Below are positions 1 through 11,659 of a stretch of DNA of 64,000 nucleotides, piece by piece; position 1 is the first letter of the stretch, and each line of letters opens with the position of its first letter. The DNA comes from Basidiobolus meristosporus CBS 931.73 (lineage: Eukaryota; Fungi; Basidiobolomycota). The stretch covers positions 1 to 64,000 of the forward strand of contig MCFE01000350.1 of NCBI GenBank assembly GCA_002104905.1. The letters are read 5' to 3'. The translations under genes and the position numbers were made by a program. The notes under the pieces were generated by a model. That model ran no database searches, was not told where the DNA came from, and saw only the letters and a program-made list of their open reading frames with translations.

Positions 1-500
1 GACCAAAGGTGCACCGTTGGCTATGGCATACTCCAAATTATTGTACAGCCCAATGACATGCATCGTAACAGCCTCCACAAGCCGTGGCTTTCAACTAGGC
101 TTCAAAAAAGCTCCGCTTGCATCAGTGGCCATATTGTTCTCGAGGCTACTGTTCATCAGATGTGCAAGCTTCAGCTGCCTAGCAATACGGGTTACGGGAA
201 GAAATATCTCGTTTGAAATAGGTTGGCTATTATCACATTGAGATCGCACAGGCCCGGCATAATTCTGGAATAAGCAACTTCTCAGGATTCCAGTATGAAG
301 TGTCCTATCTACTAGTTTGGAAATTCAGACATGTAGGTTTGTTTACTCGCATAAAAGCATTTCCCTCCGACAGCGGGTTTATTGCCAGCTCAATAGTTAC
401 CAATTTGTAGATATTCTTAAGGTCTTTGTCACTCCTTTATAGTAATTGACATGATGTAAATCCGTTCCTCGTTGCCAGTGGCACAAATCTTGTGAATGTA

Positions 501-1251
501 ACTATATCGGGATACCTCCAGTCAAATAAACTTGCCGAGTATGCCTGCCCATATTTATTTTATGCACTACAATTGGATCTTACAGAAGCATTGGTCATTC
601 AGATGGAGGAGGGAAGGACTTGCGAAAGGAAAACGCGTGAGGGGAGTCCCCATGCTGAGCTAGGTACTCCAGGCGCTCCTTCGCCTCCTGTGGGGTAGGA
701 GTGTGCCCCTGTTTGACCCACCACAGCACTGTGTAAGGGCCCTTCCAGCGTTCAAACCACTGTCGGCGTTGCTTCAGGACATGCTTGTGATCCGATCGGT
801 AGACAAAGCTGAACAGATCATCCTTGGACTCCCACACAGAGAGGTTCACCAAGATCAGTTCGTTCTCGTATATGCGAATGGTAGTCGCATCTCCGTCCTC
901 AGTTTGCAGTCTCCAGACAAATCCTGGCGAGGCATCGGCAACTCCATTGATGACATCGAGCTGCTGGACAAATCCAGCCATGATCGGATCCTCGAGCGGC
1001 GCAAGCATGTTGCCGACATTCAGCTGGGCTAGTTGGTATTGCTGTTCCATCACCATAGTGTTCTGAATATTGCTCTGGCGCCGAAACCTTATATTAAAGC
1101 TGAAAAACTCCCATTGAACTTGCAACACTGCGGTTGGTGTGGATGGCTTCTCGATATACTCACCGATAACACCTCACCACCAGATATGGAGTGCGATTAG
1201 GTGTCATAAGTCTTGCCCATTTCAGTAGTGTCACCCGAACATCCAACAGCA
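501..1251 (+). repeat. ~750-bp direct duplication unit 1 (partner 3138..3889) carrying the DUF3291 gene plus flanks
   Basis: Sequence from actatatcg to atccaacagca recurs at an offset of 2637-2638 with only about 5 differences seen, all outside the CDS. Confidence 0.95.
595..1056 (-). CDS. DUF3291-family protein (bacterial-type, intronless), copy 1; likely start at ATG 1056 or 1050
   Basis: ORF 595..1128 contains YQLAQLNV..LAPLEDP..F...LD.IN..AD.SPGFVWRLQ...VNLSVWES....FVY.S.H..VL..RRQWF...LWWV..GH.PT..EA..RL..L..HG.SP.AF.F, the DUF3291 consensus as I recall it. Confidence 0.85.
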   Translation of the reverse strand: MVMEQQYQLAQLNVGNMLAPLEDPIMAGFVQQLDVINGVADASPGFVWRLQTEDGDATTIRIYENELILVNLSVWESKDDLFSFVYRSDHKHVLKQRRQWFERWKGPYTVLWWVKQGHTPTPQEAKERLEYLAQHGDSPHAFSFRKSFPPPSE

Positions 1252-1705
1252 CCCCTTCCGTTGTAGTACTATAGGTATACTCATGGCCAAGTCCAGATGG
1301 TTTTTCTTTTCTCGAATGCCTCAAACTTTCATCTTCATTGATGTAGGAGCACCACTTATCTTACCTTGAAAACTAGTTAATCAGTCTCTGATTTTTGGCA
1401 ATCTCATACAACGTAGATATCTTGATGTGGAGGGTTTACGTCGCAGTTGATATTTTAAACATGAAACAAGCCATTTGTTGCAAACTGTGGGATGATTTGA
1501 TTCATGACTTTGTTGCCCAATGGTTTTTTTCCCTAATTGCCTCATGCTTTGCCTATCAATGAACAAGTTATGGTTGATCATTCATACCAAACGGTATTTT
1601 CCCGGATTATATTGCCGCGTATTAACATTGAAACATACTAAACGTGCTTACATAGCAATATCGAAAACAATATAGTAACTTGGTGAAGACAAAGATCAAA
1701 ATGCT

Positions 1706-1767
1706 AAAAAAATATCCTCCGAAGAGGTGTCCACTCAAGATTTACGTGTCATCCTTGTGCAGGGGCC

Positions 1768-1798
<31 letters not shown>

Positions 1799-1831
1799 TT
1801 CAAGTGTCAGAGGTCCCGAAGGACGTGACAC
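1706..1831 (-). ncRNA. U6: U6 spliceosomal snRNA (~126 nt, longer than usual)
   Basis: Minus strand reads ...AAAATTGGAACGATACAGAGAAGATTAGCATGGCCCCTGCACAAGGATGACACG..., with the ACAGAGA box, AGC triad and ISL. A 5' stem-loop with a UUCG loop and a T7 Pol III terminator are present. Missed by the ORF track. Confidence 0.95.
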
Positions 1832-2223
1832 TACTGTATTTGCAAATTCCATTAAGTATTGTAGTTGCATATAGTGTCAGTAGGTTGTGGGATCTGCAGT
1901 AAATTAGAGCATTATGCAATTTTATTAACAGAAATCAAACGTGTAAATCTTGAATATAGCCAACTGCCAGGAATAAAATGACTACTTGTAGTTTACGTGC
2001 GGGATGAGCTACAACTGGGTCAGGTGGGCATACTTGTATTGTTTCGATTTAAAATGTATTTTCACAGTAAACGGGATCACCTACAGCATGCCAGCACCCT
2101 ATCATATCAGTGGCTGTCAAGGTTCATAAATTTTATAAAATTCTATGCATCACTGACACTCGCTTGATGTTGAGTATGTTAGGTCTCTGAAGCATACATC
2201 AGTGAATGTACGAGAATCAAAAT

Positions 2224-2296
2224 CAACCAAGCCAGGGGTCGAACCTGGGACCTTCCGCTTAGGAGGCGGACGCTCTATCCACTGAGCTACGAGGCC
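2224..2296 (-). tRNA. tRNA-Arg(CCU), intronless, imperfect acceptor stem (possible pseudogene)
   Basis: Minus strand GGCCTCG TA GCTC AGTGGATA GAGC G TCCGC CTCCTAA GCGGA AGGTC CCAGG TTCGACC CCTGG CTTGGTT G: D, anticodon and T arms are perfect, and a TTTT run follows. Confidence 0.85.
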
Positions 2297-2699
2297 GCTT
2301 ACAAGCTATGTTATGAAAGTCTGAATCCCGACCAGAACAGGCAGCAAGTTGTCGCATATAGAGATGCGTCAACACCAAAAATCATCAAAGATGATCAAAG
2401 ACTGATGGGCTAAAGTAAGACAAGTTGTATGCAAATGATCGAGAAATGTATAAAAAGTAGATCCTACGCTAAAATAAAGGACAGACCTTGTTACACCAAA
2501 CAGAAGGACGGGAACTGGCCTGGATTTCATAACAAGCTATGTGATGATAGTACTACACCCATTCAGAATGTGTTTACAAACACGATAATATGGAGCAACA
2601 AGTTTTAAATGATTGACAGAATCCATGTCAGAGTGTATCGAGGGCGATAATAAGCTATAAAACTAACTTTGGCCTTTCTAATACCGCAAATAGACCTGA

Positions 2700-3137
2700 A
2701 TTAGTAAAATTCCAAGTCGGTGCAATATCATTCAAGTAGGCCTAGCCCCCAACAACACTCCTAGTATTAATCATCAAGTCGGTTCTTACGAATAGAGCTC
2801 AAAACCCGTTGATCGGCTTTTCCATTTGGCTTTGAGATTGGATAAATAGATGTGTAGACCGCAATACCGCACAATTCTTACAGTTAATGATTCCAGAATG
2901 AATTGTACCTAATTGCATGAAAAAAAGGCTCGTATTAGCTAACCGTTGGAGGAATACGCTGGATTGAATTGATCTACTCTGTCCCTCAGTCGCGCTACCT
3001 CCTTCAATGCCACTACACATACCCATAATTTGGCTACCACGTGAACAATGTTGGCCTTTTTTTCCACAAAAGGATGTCGATCCGCTTGAGGCATTGTCAG
3101 TAGCACAGGTACTAAATCCAAACATCATCTGGGTTTG
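2700..3137 (-). mobile_element. Possible decayed retro-type integrase remnant
   Basis: One minus frame gives LCGIAVYTSIYPISKPNGKADQRV, resembling the rve GI...S.Y.P..NG.AER motif; multiple stops and frameshifts. Confidence 0.3.
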
Positions 3138-3889
3138 ACTATATCGAGATACCTCCAGTCAAATAAACTTGCCGAGTATGCACAGCCCATATTTATTTTA
3201 TGCACTACAATTGGATCTTACAGAAGCATTGGTCATTCAGATGGAGGAGGGAAGGACTTGCGAAAGGAAAACGCGTGAGGGGAGTCCCCATGCTGAGCTA
3301 GGTACTCCAGGCGCTCCTTCGCCTCCTGTGGGGTAGGAGTGTGCCCCTGTTTGACCCACCACAGCACTGTGTAAGGGCCCTTCCAGCGTTCAAACCACTG
3401 TCGGCGTTGCTTCAGGACATGCTTGTGATCCGATCGGTAGACAAAGCTGAACAGATCATCCTTGGACTCCCACACAGAGAGGTTCACCAAGATCAGTTCG
3501 TTCTCGTATATGCGAATGGTAGTCGCATCTCCGTCCTCAGTTTGCAGTCTCCAGACAAATCCTGGCGAGGCATCGGCAACTCCATTGATGACATCGAGCT
3601 GCTGGACAAATCCAGCCATGATCGGATCCTCGAGCGGCGCAAGCATGTTGCCGACATTCAGCTGGGCTAGTTGGTATTGCTGTTCCATCACCATAGTGTT
3701 CTGAATATTGCTCTGGCGCCGAAACCTTATATTAAAGCTGAAAAACTCCCATTGAACTTGCAGCACTGCGGTTGGAGTGGATGGCTTCTCGATATGCTCA
3801 CCGATAACACCTCACCACCAGATATGGAGTGCGATTAGGTGTCATAAGTCTTGCCCATTTCAGTAGTGTCACCCGAACATCCAACAGCA
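3138..3889 (+). repeat. ~750-bp direct duplication unit 2 (partner 501..1251)
   Basis: Direct sequence comparison. Confidence 0.95.
3233..3694 (-). CDS. DUF3291-family protein, copy 2 (protein identical to copy 1)
   Basis: ORF 3233..3766 translation is identical to 595..1128. Confidence 0.85.
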   Translation of the reverse strand: MVMEQQYQLAQLNVGNMLAPLEDPIMAGFVQQLDVINGVADASPGFVWRLQTEDGDATTIRIYENELILVNLSVWESKDDLFSFVYRSDHKHVLKQRRQWFERWKGPYTVLWWVKQGHTPTPQEAKERLEYLAQHGDSPHAFSFRKSFPPPSE

Positions 3890-4449
3890 TCATTCCCGTG
3901 GTGATCCTAAATAGGAGCACTTGTCTAGATGGTTTTGTATTCTCTATTATTTTCATGACGCTTGTTCTGCCTAAAATCTTGGTGTGTATAATACAAGTGT
4001 ATAATACAAATATAAAATATGGCATTTTTCCCATTCGAGCCATGGTAGTCAACCTTCATGGTGTCTAATTTGACATGTTGATTGGATGCTATATTTCTAC
4101 CATGCGACTTACACTACTTGATAGCAAGCATTATATTGCTATCTTTATATCAAAAGTTATGATTACCAACAGGTGACAGGTATTTGTTTATTTTAATATG
4201 ATAGGCAACATGCCAGGCAATCTTGCATGCGTAGAAGAAGGCTTTTAACCGATATGTTACACCCCTTTGTAGTACCTATAATACTGGTTTACGTGGAGTA
4301 TATGAGCATTCATGGTATTCTCGCCAATAAATAATGGTAGATCTTACTAACCATATTTTCAGAGCTAAATTGAACAATATTAGTCGTGAATTTGATCAAT
4401 GTATATTGAATAGCGATTCTAAAGCGCATTTTGGTTGCAAAGATGACAA

Positions 4450-5500
4450 TAGGCTCAGTTATGGTAATGAATAGTATGCTACTTGTTTGCTATATTAACA
4501 TTTCGCTTTTCTAAAGCCAGCCTCAGTTGCCACATTTATTGGACAGGTATCACTCTGCAGGGATTGAGTTTCATGATATTGATGGTTGATATGTGTTGAA
4601 AGCTTCAAGTGCATAGAGCACAAAGGAATCTATGAGATCTTGGGAGCTGTTGGCAGAGTTTGAAAGATCTTGGTGACCTCCAGTCCTCCACTGATTCTAA
4701 GGATTAGCTAATATCTTACAAACCAAGTTCCCAATTTGGAATCAATTTCCTATATTAGCTTCATAGACAGGTCAATTTTTATCCTGATCTAGCACTATAT
4801 GGAACTATGATCAGCTGAAATCATGGAATAAGACCAATATGCTTTGGTATCATGTTCCAGCTACCTACCATGCTTATGAAAATATACAAGATAGAGGCTA
4901 ACAGAATTTGGCTAGGAAATATAAAGCTCAGAGCTTATGTGCATTTTGGTGAGAATATTTCTGTCAATCTCAACCAAGTAAAGTGCCCAGAACATGAAAA
5001 TTTGATTAGTTGTCCAAAAGCTCTTAAACCTTGCATATGCACAATGCTTACATTCAACTGATCATTAAGCCAAAACCACATAACCAACTAGTTCTCCTAT
5101 TTACTTTCCATATCTCCTGAATTCTTACCACTATATCTAGATGAGCAGGTGCATTTTCAATTGTTCTGAATGAAAATATGTTGAAGAATAGTTAATACCA
5201 CAAATTTGGTATACTCCCATCCATAGCCTTTCACTTTACAAAGCTAGCAATATATGTATTGCAGTAGAAGTCCAAGGCGTGAATTGTATCTTTTGGGTAG
5301 AATTCTAGGTCAAGAGCAGGGTTTCTAGCCAAGAAAATGAGTTATTTACCAGGGCTCATTGGCAAAGAATCATACCACTCAATGCCTGTCATGTGTAAGC
5401 ATTTTATTGTGTAGTAGCTAATATCGATGTGCTTACTTGCTTATGTGCGACAACACTACCACATATAGAAAATGTTTACTGTTGGCAGAATAATACAACT
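4450..5500. mobile_element. Unclassified decayed repeat/transposon remnant
   Basis: AT-rich, almost no CpG (same signature as the LTR nest at 48.6-64 kb), stop-riddled frames, no recognisable domain. Confidence 0.3.
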
Positions 5501-5561
5501 ACTAGAATAAATAATCGGTTAAATTATACAGTTATTACTTGGTACATTAGAAATCACAGAT

Positions 5562-7046
5562 CTATAGATGCTGAATAAAGCGCCTTGCTGCTGATGGGCC
5601 CAGGTGCTCATCTTCGGATGCAGATTGACTGGTTGAAGCTCGGAGGAGCACGTTGGTGTGACGATTCTGTGCCTGTGGGGATGGGGAGGAGGGAGTAGGG
5701 GTGGAGGAGCGATTGTTGGAGTCTTTCTCTACAAGTGTGCGACAGCTTTGACGTGAAGAAGAGGGTTCAGCAGGCAAGACGATCGCTACGTTGGTTGGTT
5801 CGTGTGATCGATAGAGTACTTTGTTGACAAACCAATACATGAATCTAGATCGGCGGGGCAATAGGTCGGGTGGATTCTCTGAGGACGGGTGGGCCATGGG
5901 GATGGTGGAGGGTTGGGCGTATTTTTCGATCAGGTCCTGGCGTACACTCTCAAGGGCGCTGTAGAAGGATGGATCGATAAGGAAAGCGAGAAAATTCAGG
6001 ATCCCCGGGCTGTCCGTCGCTAAAGGCACTGGGTTAGTACGTAAGCTAGACGAGCCAAGAACGGGAAAGCACCTATATTGCCAAACAACGAGAGCCATTT
6101 GTTGATCCTGCCATGAGAATGCATGTAGGCCTCACCTAGGAATGCAGGTTAATGGAGGGCCTCGACGATAGGGAAGAGCGGCTTACTTGCGATGAAGGGT
6201 GTCTGAGTGATGAAGGGAATGAACGGGTACAGGATGATGCGTCCAAGAACTCGATTGATCGCCCGCTGGGTGTTACGCTGAACAGTGGAGGCCTTGTTAT
6301 TGGACTGAATGTTCTTGGAGATTTTTCGATTGGATATCATGATCTTCTTGATTACCAATCCCACCACCACGTTGCAGTACACAATCACAACCACTGCTGG
6401 CCCAAGGTAAGTGACCTACAATGAGCATACGGGTGAGTCAGAAGTGACTCAGGCGATGACTAGTGAGCATTACCCATTCCCAGACAATCGACGAGGTTTT
6501 CCAGCTATCACGATACCAGCACATCGACTGTGCCTCATCCCATCCAAATCTACCGGCAATGAGGGGAACACAGGAAATGATCAAGGCCAACACGAGCGAT
6601 CCCACATAATACACGTAGAGTTCGATCCAACGGGCGAGCTTCCTCTCTTGAAGAACAACCCACTGCAGGTTGAAGGCAACCGACGCAGACAGGAACAGAT
6701 ACAGGTCGGCCGAGAAAATGATGAACCAAGCACTTGAAACGCAGACATGCTTTGGAGCTGATTACCAAAAAGTCAGCTTTTACAGGTAGGGAATGGAGCC
6801 ATGGAACTTACTGGATTCACTCATGTATGTATATGCCAAAACCACAGCGGCTCGTAGTGCGTCCACGGCGGAGATTGCTGCGTTCAGCCGTAGACTAACC
6901 CGATTCATTAAACGACGGTCGTAGAGCCATAACCCCAAGGTGATTAGCACCACGCACAGGCCCCCCACGATAGAGAGAATGTTGAGTGTTGCTGTGTCGT
7001 AAGGTGGTTTAGCAAACGTTTCTCTGCTCAGCAAGGACAAGAGCAT
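5562..7046 (-). CDS. Multi-exon 7-transmembrane GPCR-like protein (Git3/cAMP-receptor-like fungal class); 5' end uncertain
   Basis: TM1-2 LNILSIVGGLCVVLITLGLW..RLMNRVSLRL, TM3 exon CVSSAWFIIFS..LYLFLSASVAFNLQWV, TM5-6 RAINRVLGRIILYPFIPFITQ, TM7 PGILNFLAFLIDPSF, then a Ser/Pro-rich tail. Confidence 0.75.
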
Positions 7047-7588
7047 ACATACTATTTACAATAATGTTGGCTTGGCTGAAGGCCGTGTCAGAAATACTGA
7101 TATTGGGCACGCCAGCTCCAGCCTCCGAGCCTTGTGACGACATGGAAAAGAGGTCTAAAGCGAGAGTATCTATGGAAGTGGAGTAGAAAGCAAGAACACT
7201 GGTGTGTCGATGGATTGAATAATCGACATTTTCATCCGAGGCAGACGCTGATAGGCAGCAGGTAGGAATCAATCAGATGTAACCTATTCGGTAGTGAATA
7301 TATATTATGTACCATGTTTGCCATTAGCGGCCAGAGATCATAAACAGAGAGTTTCTATTTCGGAACAATTGCTGCTCGTTCCGTCAAATCATCTGAATCC
7401 GATCGTGACTCGTGGTCCGTCACACCAATGCTGGAAAAAAAAGCCCACCGATTTGTAATAATCACCACGAGCAAAGTTTGATTGTGACGTGGATCCAGCC
7501 TCTAACCATTGTTAGGCGAGCAATCTAAGCCTGGTAAATTTTCTCCAAATCCATCTATCGTTTGTAACATTAAGGGGCCAGATCTAAT

Positions 7589-7805
7589 TTCTAATCAAGT
7601 ATTAAGCTATGTTACCATCTTCTAATCAAGTATTAAGCTATCTCACCTTTTTCTAATCAAGTATTAAGCTATGTTACCATCTTCTAATCAAGTATTAAGC
7701 TATCTCACCTTTTTCTAATCAAGTATTAAGCTATGTTACCATCTTCTAATCAAGTATTAAGCTATCTCACCTTTTTCTAATCAAGTATTAAGTTATGTTA
7801 CCGTT
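7589..7805 (+). repeat. Minisatellite: 7 x 31-bp units alternating A/B (62-bp higher-order period)
   Basis: Constant ttctaatcaagtattaagctat followed alternately by gttaccatc and ctcaccttt; the last unit is slightly degenerate. Confidence 0.95.
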
Positions 7806-8563
7806 TTGCCCGATTAGAACTACAGCAGGAGAGCTTCCACCACTCTACATGCATTGGCGATTATGCAGTTCGATGAAGGTATTTAGGGATCACTGTGTTT
7901 AGTACATCGTTTATGGATCTGTCGTTCCTGGTCACGCACAACTCTGCATCTATGGCGCTATAAATTGGCGACTTGAACAGCCATTGGCCTTTGTTAAGAG
8001 TAAATACAATGCAATCCAAGGTCCCTTTCTTTTCATCAGTTGGTGAGTTATACAGCCCATCTTATGAGTCATACTGTTAATGAGTGTATTGAAACCCTAG
8101 ATAGGGATGGAAGGAGCTTCAACCGGTGCGTAACGCCTGAAGACTTCAAGGTATTTCACAGAAGAATCGGTGTTTTCAGTCTCTCTCGGTTGACATGGTA
8201 TTTACCATACAGATACGTAACCATGCTACTCCGCTGAATTCGCGATATACACAGCATGTGCAATACAACCAGTCAGCCACCGAATCATCCATCGAGGTAT
8301 ATAAGATTGTGACTCGCTCGATAATAACCATGTTAAGTTTGAACGGTTCCATAGCAACTCGAGTCAAAGGTAGAGCATCTTGGTAAAGCATCCAGGTCAG
8401 AAGAGTGGTGTTGAGTGATTTTTTCAGGTCCAACACTACGAGGAGCAACTTGCCGGGGCACATAAGACTATTCAAGTGCAGCTCGATTTGGTAAGAAGGC
8501 AGTGAGGAAGCATGGAGAAGTCAAGCCAATGACCAACTGAACGCATTCCTCTGTTGAAACTAG

Positions 8564-9612
8564 ATGAATGCAACGGCCAAGCAACTACTCGCTAAAGAGC
8601 AAGAGTTGATCGAGGCTGAGAAGAATTGGCAAAGGCTGGTAGGTGCTATTTATTTCACCAATGCCGTGAATTTAATGTGTAAGTACCAACATGGTATTTC
8701 AAGCTCAAAGAGTCCCAAGCTGACAGTGCCGCTAAGGATATACAAATTAAAGAGCTAGAGTTACAAGTAAGTGGTCGAATCAGCTCTTACCAAACCCTCC
8801 TTGGAGACCAACTGGAATTCAGCTAGCAGATATCTACACTCAGTTGGCAGTCTCTACTGGGCGTTCAATCACTGAGATTCTAAGAACATCAATAGACGAG
8901 CAGCAGCATATCGAGACAAGGTTGTATAGGCACAAGCGAGCAAAAACGGTAGAATTCAAGTAAAATTCAAAGTCACAACAATTGGAAACCAAGATTTAAT
9001 TTCTAGGAGGCAGGATCGGCCGACAGAATTGCTCCCCCAGACACGAGAGATCTCTGCTCTTTGACACCGGCTCGTAAAAAGCAGACCAACTATTCAAAGT
9101 GGACTGCTGATGAGGACGAATTGCTCAAAACCGCCGTTGCCCTCCATGGAGTGCACGAATGGTCGCTCGTCGCGAACCATGTTCCGAATCGTACCCCGGT
9201 ACAATGTTCTGCACGCTGGCTGGGTGCTTTGAACAAGAGTGTTGTGAAGGGTCGTTGGACTTCCGAGGAAGACAAACTCTTGAATGAGGCGGTTCATGAG
9301 TTTGTGCTTGATGGTAAGTACGAGAATCTCGCGGTGGCTGTTCCATGGAACAAAATAGCTTCGCGAATCCCGAACCGTACAGGTATTCAGTGCCAAGCCC
9401 GATGGACCGAGGCGCTAGACCCCACTGTACGGAAAGGGCGCTGGACCGTTGAGGAGGATGAGAAGCTATGTGTAGGAGTCAAAAGATACGGCAGATGCTG
9501 GATCCGTGTTGCCCAAGGAATTCCCGGTCGTACCCAACGACAATGTCGCACCCGGTGGGTTCAAGTCAAAGAAAAGGCTGGATGTAGCTTGGACGAAGGT
9601 TCGGATCTATGA
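8564..9612 (+). CDS. Three-repeat Myb/SANT DNA-binding protein; Myb exon from ~9007, upstream coiled-coil exons tentative
   Basis: Three W-(19)-W-(18)-W repeats: KWTADEDELL, GRWTSEEDKLL, GRWTVEEDEKL, each followed by RT..QC..RW. A ttctag acceptor at 9006 is in frame. Confidence 0.85.
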
Positions 9613-10013
9613 CAGGACAGGACACGACACGGGACGAAACCAATTTACCAAGTCAAAATTTAATGCAACTTCAATCACACAGGCTATTCAAAAACAATGG
9701 AGGTAGAATTCAATAAATTTGGGGAACAGTCATCATGATAACAATAACAACAATAATAATCATAATAGTACATAGGCGGATGATCTTGTCTTGAAATAAA
9801 TAGGAAATGTACAATACGACAATCTTCGCAAAATTAAATATACGTTACTGAAAATCCGGTTTTCAATCCAAGGGTGTGGTTACGGAGGGAGGACTTGTAT
9901 TTGGAGCAAAGTAGATACTCTTCGTTCTCTAGGGATGGTATGGCAACCTGATCATATATCAGGTGTTTCTATGAGGGTGGGGGTACGCGGACGAAGGTAT
10001 CAATGGGAGACCA

Positions 10014-10658
10014 TTATTCCGCTTGGCGCGCGGTCTCGGAGGCTTTATGCATTGTGCTCAGGGTCAGTTTGGCCTGTAGCTCCTGAACTTCTCGATGCAA
10101 ACGATCGTTGTCATCTTCCAATTTCTGCACCTTCTCTTCCAACTCGGATACATAGAGCTTTTTCTTTTTGCGGCATTCCTTGGCTGCCTCTCTATTACGA
10201 ATCAGTCGGCGCTGGCGCCTCTCTTCCTCAGTAAGGCCCTTCATCGAGCCGTGACTGGTATACTGAGAACGATGAGAACCATCACGTGGGGAGGAGGGAG
10301 GGCTAACGGGAGAGACACTCCTGGTATCAATCGAATTTTCCTGAACACTCTCATTGGAAGGGGATCCCTGAGCGTACGAAAGAGAAGCCACTAGCGAAGC
10401 AGCGGCAACTAGCTGCTCAGCTGCGTGGGCAAAGTGCAAACGGTCCGCACAAGATTCCGTTTCTGAAGAAAAGGCGGATTGTGGCGAGGCGGAAGGATCA
10501 TACGTAGAGTTATGTGCGCTGCCGGACTGGTTTTTTCGTTTTCGAGAGGCAACTTTACGTATTCCCAAGAAATCGGGCGAAGGCTGGCGCGCTCTATCTG
10601 AGGGGAGCGAAACGTTTTGCGAAACTGCGTGCATGTTTTCAGAAACCGCAATCGACAT
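10014..10658 (-). CDS. bZIP transcription factor (CREB/ATF-like)
   Basis: RRQRRLIRNREAAKECRKKKKLYVSELEEKVQKLEDDNDRLHREVQEL: basic region plus leucine zipper. Confidence 0.9.
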   Translation of the reverse strand: MSIAVSENMHAVSQNVSLPSDRARQPSPDFLGIRKVASRKRKNQSGSAHNSTYDPSASPQSAFSSETESCADRLHFAHAAEQLVAAASLVASLSYAQGSPSNESVQENSIDTRSVSPVSPPSSPRDGSHRSQYTSHGSMKGLTEEERRQRRLIRNREAAKECRKKKKLYVSELEEKVQKLEDDNDRLHREVQELQAKLTLSTMHKASETARQAE

Positions 10659-11659
10659 GGAAAGCTATCGCGTAAAGGCGGGGAGGGGAATGAAATAGTA
10701 TACAACTTGCGACACCTAGATGAGTAGGATCCAAGAGCGAGTCACGTCTTATATTCAGATCCAGACCAGTCATACGGATTTTTTTCTACCAACCTATTAG
10801 ATCCGCAAAATCCACCAAAATAAGCCAATTTGTGGTGAAAATCAATGCTCTTCTCGCCGATAGACGTCATAATCTCGCATTTAAAAATCTCCATCAGCAG
10901 TTTTGGGGTGGGGATCTCTCACCCTCATCTTTCCAAATCCGGTCAGTTTTTTTTCCTTCACAGCGACCTGAGCCAATTAAACAAGACGGTGGAAAGCGCA
11001 TTGAAACCTCATTAGAGTTTGTACAACAATGGAGTTAGCACCCACGCAGGTGCCTTCCCATGCGACTGATGCTCATTGTGACGAGAATTTCTTTAGCTGA
11101 CATTTCCATGATTTCCCCCTGAAAGCCAATCACAACAGGCGCTTGATTTGGTAAGCATGTTCCTTTTCATCGACTTTCTAGATACCGCTTCGATTCAGAG
11201 TTCCATCCACCGATCGGATTCAGGAGCAGAGCGGTATGCAGGCTCACCAGCCATGTAACAAGGCCCTTTTATTACGTAGATGGTGCATGCGCTACGGGAA
11301 GCGTCAAGATCATGTTGTATGCCGCCAGACTCCCTCTAATTAGCAGCAGGTCACAAGCATCATCAGCAGCCCCACAGCCTGGGTGCCCTGCCTGCTCTAA
11401 TCTCGTCACATTGGTAACTGATTGGCAGTTGGGCTGGCCTATTCATTAATCTATACTACATTGATGTTGATGAGCACGGAAAAACTCTTATTAATTGGCC
11501 GTATGATTTGTCACTGGCCACGATGGGTGTGATGGATTCGCGCATTCAATTTCTTTCTTTTTATTATGAGTGCTAGTCTATCAATAGTGGTGCGGAGTAG
11601 GCGTGAGGAAAGGGTCGAGTAGGGCAAAATATAAAGGTGTCCTTGTCGTCAGTTCTAGT

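Noticed and set aside
1-490. Possible coding remnant on the minus strand at the window edge
   Set aside because: In-frame stop, no recognisable motif, truncated by the window
703-1066. Plus-strand ORFs overlapping DUF3291 (also 3341-3704)
   Set aside because: Antisense shadows of a real gene; identical only because of the duplication
1223-1836. 12-bp inverted match cagtagtgtcac between the DUF3291 upstream region and the U6 5' end
   Set aside because: A 12-mer match is expected by chance in a window this size; no extension
7589-7805. CRISPR-like repeat-spacer appearance
   Set aside because: The variable parts are only 9 bp and alternate between two sequences; no cas genes; eukaryotic context
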